A DNA stretch of 64,000 nt from Clostridia bacterium (GCA_017547655.1 JAFYPF010000022.1:21920-85919), one strand, 5' to 3'; numbered from the stretch's first letter, positions 47,027 through 56,798 are shown. Notes: generated by a model not told the origin, from the sequence alone. Made by a program: numbers and translations.

Positions 47027-48418
47027 ATGAAAAATATTTTGCTGATTGATTTTGGCAGTACATATACGAAGCTTACCGCGGTTGACGTGGAGGCTGAGGA
47101 GATACTCGGTACGTCAGCAGCGTTTACTACTATTTTTACAGATATAAACGAGGGACTAAAAAAAGCTCTTGATATTCTTGAAAAAAAGATAGGTAAGCTT
47201 CAGTATGAGGCGTGTTATGCTTGTTCCTCTGCCGCAGGCGGTCTGCGTATGGTAACAAGCGGTCTCGTTCCCGAACTTACGGGAGAGGCGGCAAAGCTTG
47301 CAAGTCTCGGTGCCGGCGCAAAGGTTGTCGGCGTATACGCTTTCCAGCTTACCGATGATGATATTGAAGCTATAAAAGAATCAAAACCCGATATTATTCT
47401 TTTGGTTGGAGGTACTGACGGCGGCAACACTGAATGTATTTTGCATAATGCGAAAAAGATGACGGCTCTTGCTCCCGATATTCCCATTATTATTGCGGGC
47501 AACCGTACGGCTTCAAAAGAATGCCAGTCTATTCTTGAGGAGCACGAGGTTTACGTTTGCCCCAACGTTATGCCTAAATTTGGTGTTCTAAATGCTGAAC
47601 CTACCCAAAAGAAGATTCGTGAAATCTTTCTTGACAAGATTGTTGAAGCAAAAGGGCTTAACAAGGCATCCGAACTTCTTTCCGATATTATGATGCCTAC
47701 CCCGTCAGCCGTTCTTTCGGCTATGGAGCTGCTCTCAAAGGGCTACGATGGGGAGCTTGGTATCGGCGAGCTTGTTGCGGTTGACGTCGGCGGGGCTACT
47801 ACCGATATATATTCTATCGCAGACGGTATGCCCGAGCATATGAATACTGTTTTTAAAGGTCTTCCCGAACCGTATGCCAAACGAACGGTTGAGGGGGATA
47901 TCGGTATGAGATACAGTATTCAGGGAATCGTTGATGCTGTAGGTATAAAAAGAATATGCGAGCTTTCAGGAATTTCCGAAGACAGAGCTCTTGAGCTTGT
48001 GGCTATGCTTAAAGAAAATACCGATATGGTTCCCGGTGACGATGCCGAGCTTGAAGCGCTTGACTTTGCTCTTGCATCTTCCGCTATTGACGAGGCTGTT
48101 ACACGTCATGCGGGAAGTATCTACGAAACTTATACGATGATGGGACAAACCTTTGTTCAGGAGGGTAAAAACTTGACTAAGGTTGGACAAATCGTTGTTA
48201 CGGGCGGCAGCCTTATCCATACGAAACGTACGGTGGAGATAGCTTCCAACGCCCTTGCTACCCAAAATCGTCCCCAGTCTCTTAAACCGAGACAGGCTGA
48301 CGTATGGGTTGACAGAAAGTACATTATGGCAGCTATGGGGCTTCTCTCTGCTCATTACCCAAAGGTTGCGTTAAGAATTATGAAAAAGGAGTTAGAGTAT
48401 CATGGATATTCGAAATAA
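47027..48418 (+). CDS. glmL: Glutamate mutase accessory/reactivase protein GlmL (MutL)
   Basis: 463 aa with the ASKHA-type N-terminus [13 protein letters not shown]. It lies between the S and E chains, as in characterised clostridial operons. Confidence 0.88.
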   Translation: MKNILLIDFGSTYTKLTAVDVEAEEILGTSAAFTTIFTDINEGLKKALDILEKKIGKLQYEACYACSSAAGGLRMVTSGLVPELTGEAAKLASLGAGAKVVGVYAFQLTDDDIEAIKESKPDIILLVGGTDGGNTECILHNAKKMTALAPDIPIIIAGNRTASKECQSILEEHEVYVCPNVMPKFGVLNAEPTQKKIREIFLDKIVEAKGLNKASELLSDIMMPTPSAVLSAMELLSKGYDGELGIGELVAVDVGGATTDIYSIADGMPEHMNTVFKGLPEPYAKRTVEGDIGMRYSIQGIVDAVGIKRICELSGISEDRALELVAMLKENTDMVPGDDAELEALDFALASSAIDEAVTRHAGSIYETYTMMGQTFVQEGKNLTKVGQIVVTGGSLIHTKRTVEIASNALATQNRPQSLKPRQADVWVDRKYIMAAMGLLSAHYPKVALRIMKKELEYHGYSK

Positions 48419-49853
48419 ACGTATTTCAGACGAAGAATTTAGCAAACTGCGCCAGGAAGTGTTGGCTCAATGGCCTACTGGCAAAGAGGTTGACCTTGAA
48501 GAATCTGTTGCTTATCACAAGGCTATGCCCGAATCAAGAAAGTTTGGAAAGAAGCTTCTCAACGCTAAAAAAGACAGAAGAACTCTTATTCAGCCCAGAG
48601 CAGGCGTTCCTGTTATTGAAGAACACATTAAGCTTATGCAGTACCTCGAAAAGTACGGCGAGGCTGACCTTCTTCCCTCTACAATCGACAGCTATACACG
48701 TCAGAACAGATATGAAGAAGCTGAAAACGGCGTAAAAGAATCTGTCCGCCTCGGACGCGCTATGCTTAACGGATTCCCCGCTGTTAACCACGGTGTTGCA
48801 AACTGCCGCCGAGTTGTTGAAAGCGTTAATGTTCCTCTTCAGGTTCGTCATGGTACTCCCGACGCAAGACTTCTTACCGAAATTACACTTGCAGGCGGTT
48901 TTACAAGCTATGAGGGCGGCGGTATTTCTTACAACCTTCCTTATTGCAAGAACGTTCCTATGGAACGTACTATTCGTGACTGGCAGTACACAGACCGTCT
49001 TGTTGGTGAATATGAAAAGATGGGCGTTTCCATTAACCGTGAACCTTACGGTCCTCTTACCGGCACTTTGGTTCCTCCTTGTATTTCTCATGCAGTTGCT
49101 ATTATCGAAGCTCTTCTTGCTGCAGAGCAGGGCGTTAAGAATATTACAGTAGGCTACGGTCAGTGCGGCAACCTCGTTCAAGACGTTGCGGCTATCAAGA
49201 CTCTTGAAGAGCTTACAGATGAATATCTTAAAAAATATGGCTATGACGACGTTCAGGTAACAACTGTTCTCCACCAGTGGATGGGCGGTTTCCCTGCTGA
49301 CGAAGCAAAAGCGTTCGGCGTTATTTCTTCGGGCAGCCTTATTGCAGCGCTTTCAAAGGCTACAAAGGTTATCGTTAAGACTCCTCACGAGGCTGTTGGT
49401 ATTCCTACTATGGAAGCTAATGCTGAAGGTTTGCGTTGCACAAAGCAAGTTGTTAATATGTTCTATGAACAGACTCTTCAGGATAAGAACCTTGAGATTG
49501 AAGAAGAAATTATCCGCCTTGAGACACGTGCTATCGTTGATAAGTGCTTTGAACTTGGTAACGGTGATATTGCAGTCGGTACTTGCCGTGCAGTTGAAGC
49601 GGGCGTAGTTGACGTTCCTTTCGCTCCTTGCCGTATCAATGCAGGGCTTATGCTTCCTTGCCGTGACAATAACGGTGCTATCCGTATTCTTGAAATGGGC
49701 AATCTTCCTTTCTCCAAGGAAATTATTGATTTCCACAAAGGAAAGATTGACGAAAGAGCAAAGGCTGAAAACCGCAGCGCTTCTTTCCAAATGGTTGTTG
49801 ACGACGTTTACGCTATCGGTAAGGGCCGTCTCGTTGGTCGTCCTAAATATTAA
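48402..49853 (+). CDS. glmE: Methylaspartate (glutamate) mutase E chain
   Basis: 483 aa, the expected length for a TIM-barrel E subunit. It has LIQPRAGV and [11 protein letters not shown] segments and overlaps glmL by 17 nt. Confidence 0.94.
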   Translation: MDIRNKRISDEEFSKLRQEVLAQWPTGKEVDLEESVAYHKAMPESRKFGKKLLNAKKDRRTLIQPRAGVPVIEEHIKLMQYLEKYGEADLLPSTIDSYTRQNRYEEAENGVKESVRLGRAMLNGFPAVNHGVANCRRVVESVNVPLQVRHGTPDARLLTEITLAGGFTSYEGGGISYNLPYCKNVPMERTIRDWQYTDRLVGEYEKMGVSINREPYGPLTGTLVPPCISHAVAIIEALLAAEQGVKNITVGYGQCGNLVQDVAAIKTLEELTDEYLKKYGYDDVQVTTVLHQWMGGFPADEAKAFGVISSGSLIAALSKATKVIVKTPHEAVGIPTMEANAEGLRCTKQVVNMFYEQTLQDKNLEIEEEIIRLETRAIVDKCFELGNGDIAVGTCRAVEAGVVDVPFAPCRINAGLMLPCRDNNGAIRILEMGNLPFSKEIIDFHKGKIDERAKAENRSASFQMVVDDVYAIGKGRLVGRPKY

Positions 49854-49889
49854 TTAATTCACATACAAATAATAAGGAGTATATAAGAA

Positions 49890-51140
49890 ATGAAAATTGT
49901 AAACGTTATTTGTTCACCCGGACGTACCGGATTCTATTTTGACGATCAGCGTGCTATTAAGGGTGGCGCAGGTCACGATGGTATGTTTTACGTTGGTAAA
50001 ACAGTTACAGAAGGCTTCCAGGCTATTCGTCAGGCAGGCGAATCCATTTCCGTTATGATAGTACTCGAGGACGGTCAAATTGCATACGGTGACTGTGCCG
50101 CTGTTCAGTATTCCGGCGCAGGCGGTCGTGATCCCCTCTTCCTTGCAAAAGACTTTATTCCGATTATCGAAAAATATATTAAGCCTGAACTTATTGGAAA
50201 AGAAGCTGACGACTTCCGTGGTCTCACAAAGATGATGGAGGCTATTCAGGTTGAGGGCAAGAGACTTCATACCGCTATCCGTTACGGTGTATCTCAAGCG
50301 CTTCTTGATGCAGTTGCAAAGGCAACAGGCAGAATGATGTGCGAGGTTGTTGCTGATGAATACGGCTGTTCCGTAAGCGAAACTCACGTTCCGATATTCA
50401 CTCAGTCCGGTGATGACCGTTACGATAACGCTGATAAGATGATTATTAAGGGCGCTCAAGTTCTTCCTCATGCTCTTATTAACCACGTTGAAACAAAGCT
50501 TGGTAAGAACGGTGAACTTCTTGCTGAATATACGGCTTGGCTTCGTGATCGTATTCTTGCAAACCGTGTAGATCCTAACTATATGCCAGTTATGCATATG
50601 GACGTTTACGGTACAATCGGCGCTGTGTTCGGCAATAACAATTACAAAGAAATGGCTGACTATATAGAAAAACTCGTCGAGATTGCTAAACCCTTTAAGC
50701 TCCGCATTGAAGGTCCTATGGACTGCGACAGCACAAGAGAAGCTCAAATTGAGGCTCTTGCAGGTCTTACCGCAGAACTTGACAAGCGCGGTTGTAACGT
50801 AGAGCTTGTTGCAGATGAATGGTGCAACACTCTCGAAGATATTAAGCTCTTCGCTGACAACAAGGCAGGTCATATGATTCAGATTAAGACTCCCGACCTT
50901 GGCGGTGTTAACAACACTATCGAAGCAGTTCTCTACTGTAAAGAAAAGGGTATCGGCGCATATCAGGGCGGTACTTGTAACGAAACAGACCGTTCGGCTC
51001 AAGTTTGCGTACACTGCGCTATGGCTACACAGCCTACACAAATTCTCGCTAAACCCGGTATGGGCGTTGACGAAGGCTTTATGATCGTTTACAACGAGAT
51101 GAGCCGTATCATTGCTATCCGCGAAGCAAAAAAGGCATAA
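49890..51140 (+). CDS. mal: Methylaspartate ammonia-lyase
   Basis: 416 aa in the enolase superfamily. The N-terminus MKIVNVICSPGRTGFYFDDQRAIK is typical of methylaspartase. Confidence 0.94.
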   Translation: MKIVNVICSPGRTGFYFDDQRAIKGGAGHDGMFYVGKTVTEGFQAIRQAGESISVMIVLEDGQIAYGDCAAVQYSGAGGRDPLFLAKDFIPIIEKYIKPELIGKEADDFRGLTKMMEAIQVEGKRLHTAIRYGVSQALLDAVAKATGRMMCEVVADEYGCSVSETHVPIFTQSGDDRYDNADKMIIKGAQVLPHALINHVETKLGKNGELLAEYTAWLRDRILANRVDPNYMPVMHMDVYGTIGAVFGNNNYKEMADYIEKLVEIAKPFKLRIEGPMDCDSTREAQIEALAGLTAELDKRGCNVELVADEWCNTLEDIKLFADNKAGHMIQIKTPDLGGVNNTIEAVLYCKEKGIGAYQGGTCNETDRSAQVCVHCAMATQPTQILAKPGMGVDEGFMIVYNEMSRIIAIREAKKA

Positions 51141-51157
51141 GCTTTACAAAAGATGAT

Positions 51158-51190
51158 AAAGCTCCCAATTTAAAGGTTGGGAGCTTTTTG
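51158..51190 (+). terminator. Rho-independent terminator after mal
   Basis: The stem is AAAGCTCCCAA/TTGGGAGCTTT, followed by a T-run. Confidence 0.8.
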
Positions 51191-51267
51191 TGTATTTTTA
51201 TACAATTATTTTGGAATATTTACTTGTTTTTGCGCTATATCGGACAAGTGTTTTTTTCTTGAAGTTA

Positions 51268-51296
51268 TTGACATAATTAAGAAAAACAAGTATAAT
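51268..51296 (+). promoter_or_regulatory. Perfect consensus promoter TTGACA-17-TATAAT, followed by a ~240-nt leader before the dehydrogenase gene
   Basis: The hexamers are at 51268-51273 and 51291-51296. Confidence 0.7.
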
Positions 51297-51541
51297 ACTA
51301 AATATGGGGTTTATGTGCTTGCAGCGCCGTCTTGTATTAAGTCAGTTTGCTTGTGCAAAACTTGGACAAGTTGTGTTCGGGGTTTAATGATTTAGTATTG
51401 GCGGAGTATGGTGCTTTACATAAGGAGAAAAATAAAGTTCAGGTTGATGAGTATGGAAGAAAAGCGGTTGAAAAGAGTATTTTGAATTTGCTTTCCTTGC
51501 TTACATATACAAATAAAAAGTAGATTAAAGGGGAATTTACG

Positions 51542-52480
51542 ATGAATAAAATAACGATTATAGGTACAGGCAGTGTTGGCGCAACTATTGGTTATACTAT
51601 GATGGTAACAGGTTTGGCGTCTGAGGTTGTTCTCGTAGATATAAATCAGGAGAAGGCTTTGGGGGAAGCTCTTGATATAAAGCAAGGCGTTCCGTTTTGC
51701 CATCCTACCAATATTTATGCCGGCTCTTATGCCGATGCTAAAGGTTCCAATATAGTTGTCATTACCTCCGGAGTGGCAAGAAAGGCTAACCAGTCAAGAC
51801 TCGAGCTTGCGCAGGTGAACGTTGATATCTTAAAAAGCGTTGCCGATCAGGTGTTAAAATATGCTCCCGATGCAGTATATGTAATAGTAAGCAATCCCGT
51901 TGATATTCTTACATACGTATTTTGTAAATATACGGGTATTCCTGAAAACAGAGTTATTGGTTCGGGTACTATTCTTGATACGTCTCGTTTGAGATCAAGA
52001 ATTGCAGAATATTATTCTGTTAACCAAAAAAACGTTCACGCTTATGTTTTAGGTGAGCATGGCGATACTGCATTTGTACCGTGGTCAACTGCAAATATAT
52101 CGAATGTTTTGGTCGATGATTATCGCAGAATTTCAAAGTGCGAATGTACCCCTAAATTCAGCAGAGAAGAAGTAGAGGAATATGTTCGCAGTTCAGGCGC
52201 AAAAATTATTAGCAGAAAAGGCGCAACATTCTATGCCGTTTCATCTTCAGTTACTCATCTTTGTAAGTGCATTTTGAGTGGAATGGATACTGCTTTGACC
52301 GTATCTACTATGTTGCACGGTGAATACGGAATAGACGATGTTTGCCTTAGCTTAATAAATATATTGGGCGTTCACGGTGTTATTGAAAAAGTGATGCTTC
52401 CTTTGAACGATGAAGAAATTATAAAGCTTCAAAAGAGCGCAGATAGCTTGAAGGACGTAATTAAAAATATAAAAATATAG
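51542..52480 (+). CDS. LDH/MDH-family L-2-hydroxyacid dehydrogenase; Arg at the Gln102 selectivity position suggests malate/oxaloacetate-type (dicarboxylate) specificity
   Basis: 312 aa with the NAD fold IIGTGSVGAT and the catalytic His in LGEHGDT. The substrate loop is SGVARKANQSR, against GANQKPGETR in canonical LDH and G.PRKPGMSR in LDH-like MDH; both comparisons are from memory. Confidence 0.85.
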   Translation: MNKITIIGTGSVGATIGYTMMVTGLASEVVLVDINQEKALGEALDIKQGVPFCHPTNIYAGSYADAKGSNIVVITSGVARKANQSRLELAQVNVDILKSVADQVLKYAPDAVYVIVSNPVDILTYVFCKYTGIPENRVIGSGTILDTSRLRSRIAEYYSVNQKNVHAYVLGEHGDTAFVPWSTANISNVLVDDYRRISKCECTPKFSREEVEEYVRSSGAKIISRKGATFYAVSSSVTHLCKCILSGMDTALTVSTMLHGEYGIDDVCLSLINILGVHGVIEKVMLPLNDEEIIKLQKSADSLKDVIKNIKI

Positions 52481-52503
52481 TACAGTTAAATTATTTGGGA
52501 TTT

Positions 52504-52547
52504 AAAATATCCTTAAATGCAGTTAACAGCGTTTAAGGATATTTTTT
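52504..52547 (+). terminator. Rho-independent terminator after the dehydrogenase gene
   Basis: The stem is AAATATCCTTAAA/TTTAAGGATATTT, followed by a T-run. Confidence 0.8.
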
Positions 52548-52700
52548 ATGGATATAATGAGTATAACTAATTTGTAAAGAGTGATTGATGCTTATAAAAT
52601 TCTGTCAAGAGAGTAAAAGTAGTTGTTTCTATTGCGTTCTTTTGATAAATCGATTGATTACTAATTTTAAATATATACACAAAAAGTGGAGGAAAACATT

Positions 52701-53918
52701 ATGGCACGTTTTACATTGCCCAGAGATTTATATCACGGAAAGGGCTCGCTTGAAGCACTAAAAACCTTGAAAGGAACTCGCGCTATGGTTTGTGTTGGCG
52801 GCGGTTCTATGAAAAAGTTTGGTTTCCTTGATAAAGTTGTTGCATACCTCAAAGAAGCAGGTATGGAGGTTGAAATTTTTGAAGGTATTGAGCCCGATCC
52901 TTCGGTTGACACTGTTATGAGGGGCGCTGATGCTATGGATAAGTTCCAGCCCGACTGGATTGTTGCTATTGGTGGCGGTTCGCCTATTGATGCTGCAAAA
53001 GCTATGTGGATTAAATATGAATATCCTGAAATTACCTTCGAAGAAATGTGCGTAGTATTCGGTATCCCCGAGCTTCGTAGAAAGGCTCGCTTTGTCGCAA
53101 TCCCCTCTACTTCCGGTACCGCTACCGAGGTTACTGCATTCTCGGTTATCACAGACTACAAGAAGGGTATCAAGTATCCTCTTGCTGACTTTGAAATCAC
53201 TCCCGACGTTGCAATCGTTGATCCTGATCTTGCAGAAACAATGCCAAAGAAGCTCACAGCTCACACAGGTATGGACGCTATGACTCACGCTATTGAAGCG
53301 TACGTTTCTACTGCTAACAGTGAATTTACCGATCCTCTCGCTATATTCGCTATTAAGATGATTCAGGATAACCTTGTCGATTCCTACAACGGCGATATGT
53401 CTAAACGTGCTTCAATGCACAACGCTCAATGCCTTGCGGGTATGGCGTTCTCTAACGCACTTCTCGGTATCGTTCACTCTATGGCTCATAAGACGGGCGC
53501 TGTATTTGAAGACCTCGGTGCTCATATTATTCACGGCGCTGCAAATGCTATGTATCTTCCTAAAGTTATCGCTTTCAACGCAAAGGATGAGACTGCTAAA
53601 AAACGTTATGGCGTAATTGCTGATTATATGGGGCTTGGAGGTCAGAATGATGACGAAAAAGTTGATAATCTTATTTCTTACCTCCGTGGTATGAATGATG
53701 CTCTCAATATTCCTCAATGTATTAAGAGCTATGGTTTGGATAGCTATCCTTGTGAAAACGGCTTTGTTCCCGAGAGTGTTTTCCTTGAAAGACTTCCCGA
53801 AATTGCAAAGAACGCAGTTGCAGATGCTTGTACAGGCTCTAACCCCAGAAAAATTTCAGTAGAAGAAATGGAAAAGCTTCTTAAGTGCTGTTACTACGAC
53901 ACAGAAGTTGATTTCTAA
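52701..53918 (+). CDS. Iron-containing (group III) alcohol dehydrogenase
   Basis: About 405 aa with GGGSPIDAAKA and a His-rich metal site (HTGMDAMTHAIEAY, HSMAHK). The ATG at 52701 lies 8 nt after GGAGG. Confidence 0.9.
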   Translation: MARFTLPRDLYHGKGSLEALKTLKGTRAMVCVGGGSMKKFGFLDKVVAYLKEAGMEVEIFEGIEPDPSVDTVMRGADAMDKFQPDWIVAIGGGSPIDAAKAMWIKYEYPEITFEEMCVVFGIPELRRKARFVAIPSTSGTATEVTAFSVITDYKKGIKYPLADFEITPDVAIVDPDLAETMPKKLTAHTGMDAMTHAIEAYVSTANSEFTDPLAIFAIKMIQDNLVDSYNGDMSKRASMHNAQCLAGMAFSNALLGIVHSMAHKTGAVFEDLGAHIIHGAANAMYLPKVIAFNAKDETAKKRYGVIADYMGLGGQNDDEKVDNLISYLRGMNDALNIPQCIKSYGLDSYPCENGFVPESVFLERLPEIAKNAVADACTGSNPRKISVEEMEKLLKCCYYDTEVDF

Positions 53919-54019
53919 TAAATAATTTAGGCTAAAACTGCGGGAAGCCTGCTAAAACAGGTTTTCCGTATTTAGTTCTTTTTTTACATAGATTGATGTT
54001 GAAGTCAGGAGAGTCAGAA

Positions 54020-54868
54020 ATGTATAGAATTGTTACAAAAAAAGAGCTTAATCCGACCGTAACACAAATGGAAATAGAAGCTCCGTTGGTTGCCAATAAG
54101 GCTAAACCCGGACAGTTTATTATTTTACGTGTTGATGAAAATGGCGAGAGAATACCCTTGACAATTGCAGGTGCCGACAAAAATAACGGAACCGTAAAAA
54201 TTATATTCCAGATAGTAGGCTCTACTACCGAAAAGCTTAACCATAAGAACGAGGGTGAGTTTATTCAGGACTTTTTAGGCCCTCTTGGTGTTGCTACACA
54301 TACTGACGGTATAAAAAGGGTATGTATAGTTGGCGGAGGTGTCGGATGCGCTATAGCTATGCCCATTGCGCATGAGTTTCATAAGCTCGGAGCTGATGTA
54401 ACCAGTATAGTCGGTTTTCGTAATAAAGACCTTGTTATTCTTGAAGATGAGTTTAAGGCTTGTTCGACGACAATGCACCTTATGACAGATGACGGCTCGT
54501 ACGGAAGACACGGTAACGTGTGTGTTCCGTTAAATGAAATGCTTGAGAGCGGCGAAAAGTTTGATATGATTATTACAATAGGTCCGCTTATTATGATGAA
54601 GTTTGTTGTTGAGGCGGCGAGACCTTACAACGTTCCCGTAACCGTTTCTATGAACCCTATTATGATTGACGGAACCGGTATGTGCGGTGGGTGCAGACTT
54701 ACTTTGAATCAAGACGGTAAAAAGGTTACGAAATTTGCTTGCGTTGACGGCCCCGATTTCAACGGATATGAGGTTGATTTTGACGAGGCGATGTCAAGAG
54801 GAAGAATGTACGTTGATTTTGAAAGACACGCTTATGAAGAGACCTGTAATCTCTTTCGAAATGCGTAA
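54020..54868 (+). CDS. nfnA: NfnA-type FAD/NAD-binding, [2Fe-2S] subunit (ferredoxin-NADP+ reductase / sulfide dehydrogenase alpha-like)
   Basis: About 282 aa with PGQFIILRV, a Rossmann segment (VGGGVGCA) and the C-terminal Cys cluster GTGMCGGCR...CVDGP. It is paired with a GltD-like gene. Confidence 0.82.
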   Translation: MYRIVTKKELNPTVTQMEIEAPLVANKAKPGQFIILRVDENGERIPLTIAGADKNNGTVKIIFQIVGSTTEKLNHKNEGEFIQDFLGPLGVATHTDGIKRVCIVGGGVGCAIAMPIAHEFHKLGADVTSIVGFRNKDLVILEDEFKACSTTMHLMTDDGSYGRHGNVCVPLNEMLESGEKFDMIITIGPLIMMKFVVEAARPYNVPVTVSMNPIMIDGTGMCGGCRLTLNQDGKKVTKFACVDGPDFNGYEVDFDEAMSRGRMYVDFERHAYEETCNLFRNA

Positions 54869-54885
54869 AACAGGAGGAGAAGAAA

Positions 54886-56295
54886 ATGGCTATTATTCCA
54901 AAGAAGCATGAGATGCCTAATCAGGCTCCCGAAGTTAGAGCGCATAATTTTGACGAGGTTGCTCTCGGTTATACAGAAGAAACGGCAATAGCTGAAGCTA
55001 ACCGTTGCATAAATTGTAAAAATAAGCCTTGTGTTGGCGGTTGCCCCGTAAATATCAGAATTCCCGAATTTATTGCAAAAGTAAAGGTTGGGGATTTTGA
55101 GGGCGCATATCAGATTATCACTTTTTCTTCATCTCTTCCCGCTGTGTGCGGAAGAGTTTGTCCTCAAGAGACACAGTGCGAATGTAATTGTACATTAGGC
55201 AATAAGTTTGAACCTGTTGCCATCGGCAGACTTGAACGTTTTGTGGCTGACTGGCATAATAAAAACGTTAAAGAGGCTGCAGAAAAGCCTGATGACAACG
55301 GGCATAAGGTTGCAATCGTAGGCTCGGGCCCATCAGGGCTTACCTGTGCCGGCGACCTTGCGAAAAAGGGATATGACGTAACGGTGTTTGAAGCATTACA
55401 TACCGCAGGCGGTGTGCTTGTTTACGGTATTCCCGAGTTCAGACTTCCAAAGGCTATTGTTGCAAAAGAGGTTGATACCCTTAAGGAGCTTGGCGTTAAG
55501 GTTGAGACAAACGTTGTTATCGGCAAGACATTGACGATAGATGAGCTTTTTGAAATGGGATACGAAGCAGTATTCGTAGGCTCAGGCGCAGGTCTTCCTA
55601 ACTTTATGGGTATTCCCGGCGAGAGCTTGAAAGGCGTATATTCCGCAAATGAATTTCTTACAAGAAGCAATCTTATGAAATCTTATCTTGAAGCTCCCGA
55701 AACGCCTATAATGAAAGGCGGTAAGGTTGCTGTTGTGGGGGGCGGTAACGTTGCAATGGATGCGGCAAGAACTGCGCTCAGGCTTGGTGCTGAAAAGGTT
55801 TATATTGTTTACAGGCGTTCTATGGATGAGCTTCCCGCAAGAAAAGAAGAGGTTGAACATGCCGAAGAGGAGGGGATTGATTTCAAGCTTCTTTGTAATC
55901 CTGTTGAGATTCTTGGATATGAAAATCCCGACGACAACAGAGATCCCAGAAACGGCTTTGTTACGGGAATGAAGTGTATTAGAATGGAACTTGGCGAACC
56001 CGACGAAAAGGGAAGAAGAAGACCTGTTCCAGTTGAAAATTCCGATTTTGTACTTGACGTTGATACGGTTATTATGTCTATCGGTACATCTCCTAACCCT
56101 CTTATAAAGAGCACTACCGAAGGACTTGAGGTAAACCGTTGGGGCGGTATTGTTGTAAATGAGGACGGTCTTACGTCGAGAGAGGGCGTATATGCCGGCG
56201 GAGATGCCGTAACGGGCGCCGCTACCGTTATATCCGCTATGGGCGCGGGAAAGGTTGCTGCAAACGCTATAGACGAATATTTGTCTAATAAATAA
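54886..56295 (+). CDS. nfnB: NfnB-type subunit (GltD-like NADPH-dependent oxidoreductase with two [4Fe-4S] sites)
   Basis: 469 aa with CINCKNKPCVGGCP and CGRVCPQETQCECNC and the dinucleotide folds VGSGPSGL and VVGGGNVAMD. Confidence 0.86.
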   Translation: MAIIPKKHEMPNQAPEVRAHNFDEVALGYTEETAIAEANRCINCKNKPCVGGCPVNIRIPEFIAKVKVGDFEGAYQIITFSSSLPAVCGRVCPQETQCECNCTLGNKFEPVAIGRLERFVADWHNKNVKEAAEKPDDNGHKVAIVGSGPSGLTCAGDLAKKGYDVTVFEALHTAGGVLVYGIPEFRLPKAIVAKEVDTLKELGVKVETNVVIGKTLTIDELFEMGYEAVFVGSGAGLPNFMGIPGESLKGVYSANEFLTRSNLMKSYLEAPETPIMKGGKVAVVGGGNVAMDAARTALRLGAEKVYIVYRRSMDELPARKEEVEHAEEEGIDFKLLCNPVEILGYENPDDNRDPRNGFVTGMKCIRMELGEPDEKGRRRPVPVENSDFVLDVDTVIMSIGTSPNPLIKSTTEGLEVNRWGGIVVNEDGLTSREGVYAGGDAVTGAATVISAMGAGKVAANAIDEYLSNK

Positions 56296-56303
56296 TTGCA
56301 ATG

Positions 56304-56342
56304 CAAAAAGCACTTAAACCTATTGGCTTAAGTGCTTTTTTG
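56304..56342. terminator. Bidirectional terminator between nfnB (+) and the AcnX small subunit gene (-)
   Basis: The stem is AAAAGCACTTAA/TTAAGTGCTTTT, with flanking A and T runs. Confidence 0.8.
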
Positions 56343-56354
56343 TTTGAAAAGTTG

Positions 56355-56798
56355 TTATTCTACTTCAACCGTTCCGTCTGCTTTGACTGTGATTTTCATA
56401 CCGTCTTTGACGTAATTTAAAAATTCATCTCCGAGCGAGTCAATAACAGGCATTGTAATACCGTCTACCCAAACGTCAGCGAGTACTGCCCCTGCCGCAG
56501 CAAGAGAGTCTATGTGGTTTGCAAAAAGCATACAAGCGGGATTCTTTTGCATTGAACAAGCACAGTAAAGAACTAAACCACCTGTAGTGGATCCAATCGT
56601 TTGGGGGAGGCAAAGCGCCTTTCCGAGCATAGATTTTCCGTAAAGCTCTTTGTTACTCTGATCTCCGCATTTTACTTCTTTATCGCCGAATTGCAACGCC
56701 ATCTGAAAAGATGCTAAAGTGTTAAAACCTTCTTTGGTTACGATCGCTTCGGCAGTTACCTCGCCGGGAGTAACAACTCTTCCTTTGAACTGTTTCAT
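56355..56798 (-). CDS. Aconitase X swivel-domain subunit (DUF126)
   Basis: 147 aa with N-terminal GRVVTPGEVTAEAIVTKEGFNTLASF, typical of the AcnX small subunit. Its start overlaps the large-subunit stop (TAATG). Confidence 0.8.
   Translation of the reverse strand: MKQFKGRVVTPGEVTAEAIVTKEGFNTLASFQMALQFGDKEVKCGDQSNKELYGKSMLGKALCLPQTIGSTTGGLVLYCACSMQKNPACMLFANHIDSLAAAGAVLADVWVDGITMPVIDSLGDEFLNYVKDGMKITVKADGTVEVE

Noticed and set aside
49914-51041. A 375-aa ORF antisense to the methylaspartase gene. Similar long antisense ORFs occur at 48534-49274 (glmE), 55582-56313 (nfnB), 29268-30008 (rimO) and 31027-31680 (recA).
   Set aside because: The reasoning is the same in each case. The sense-strand proteins carry diagnostic motifs, and the antisense products have no recognisable domains, biased composition and no translation signals.
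51177-51395. A 72-aa ORF in the leader upstream of the LDH/MDH-family gene.
   Set aside because: It starts inside the mal terminator, runs across the consensus promoter, has no RBS, and is Cys/Phe-rich and low-complexity. I treat it as non-coding leader.
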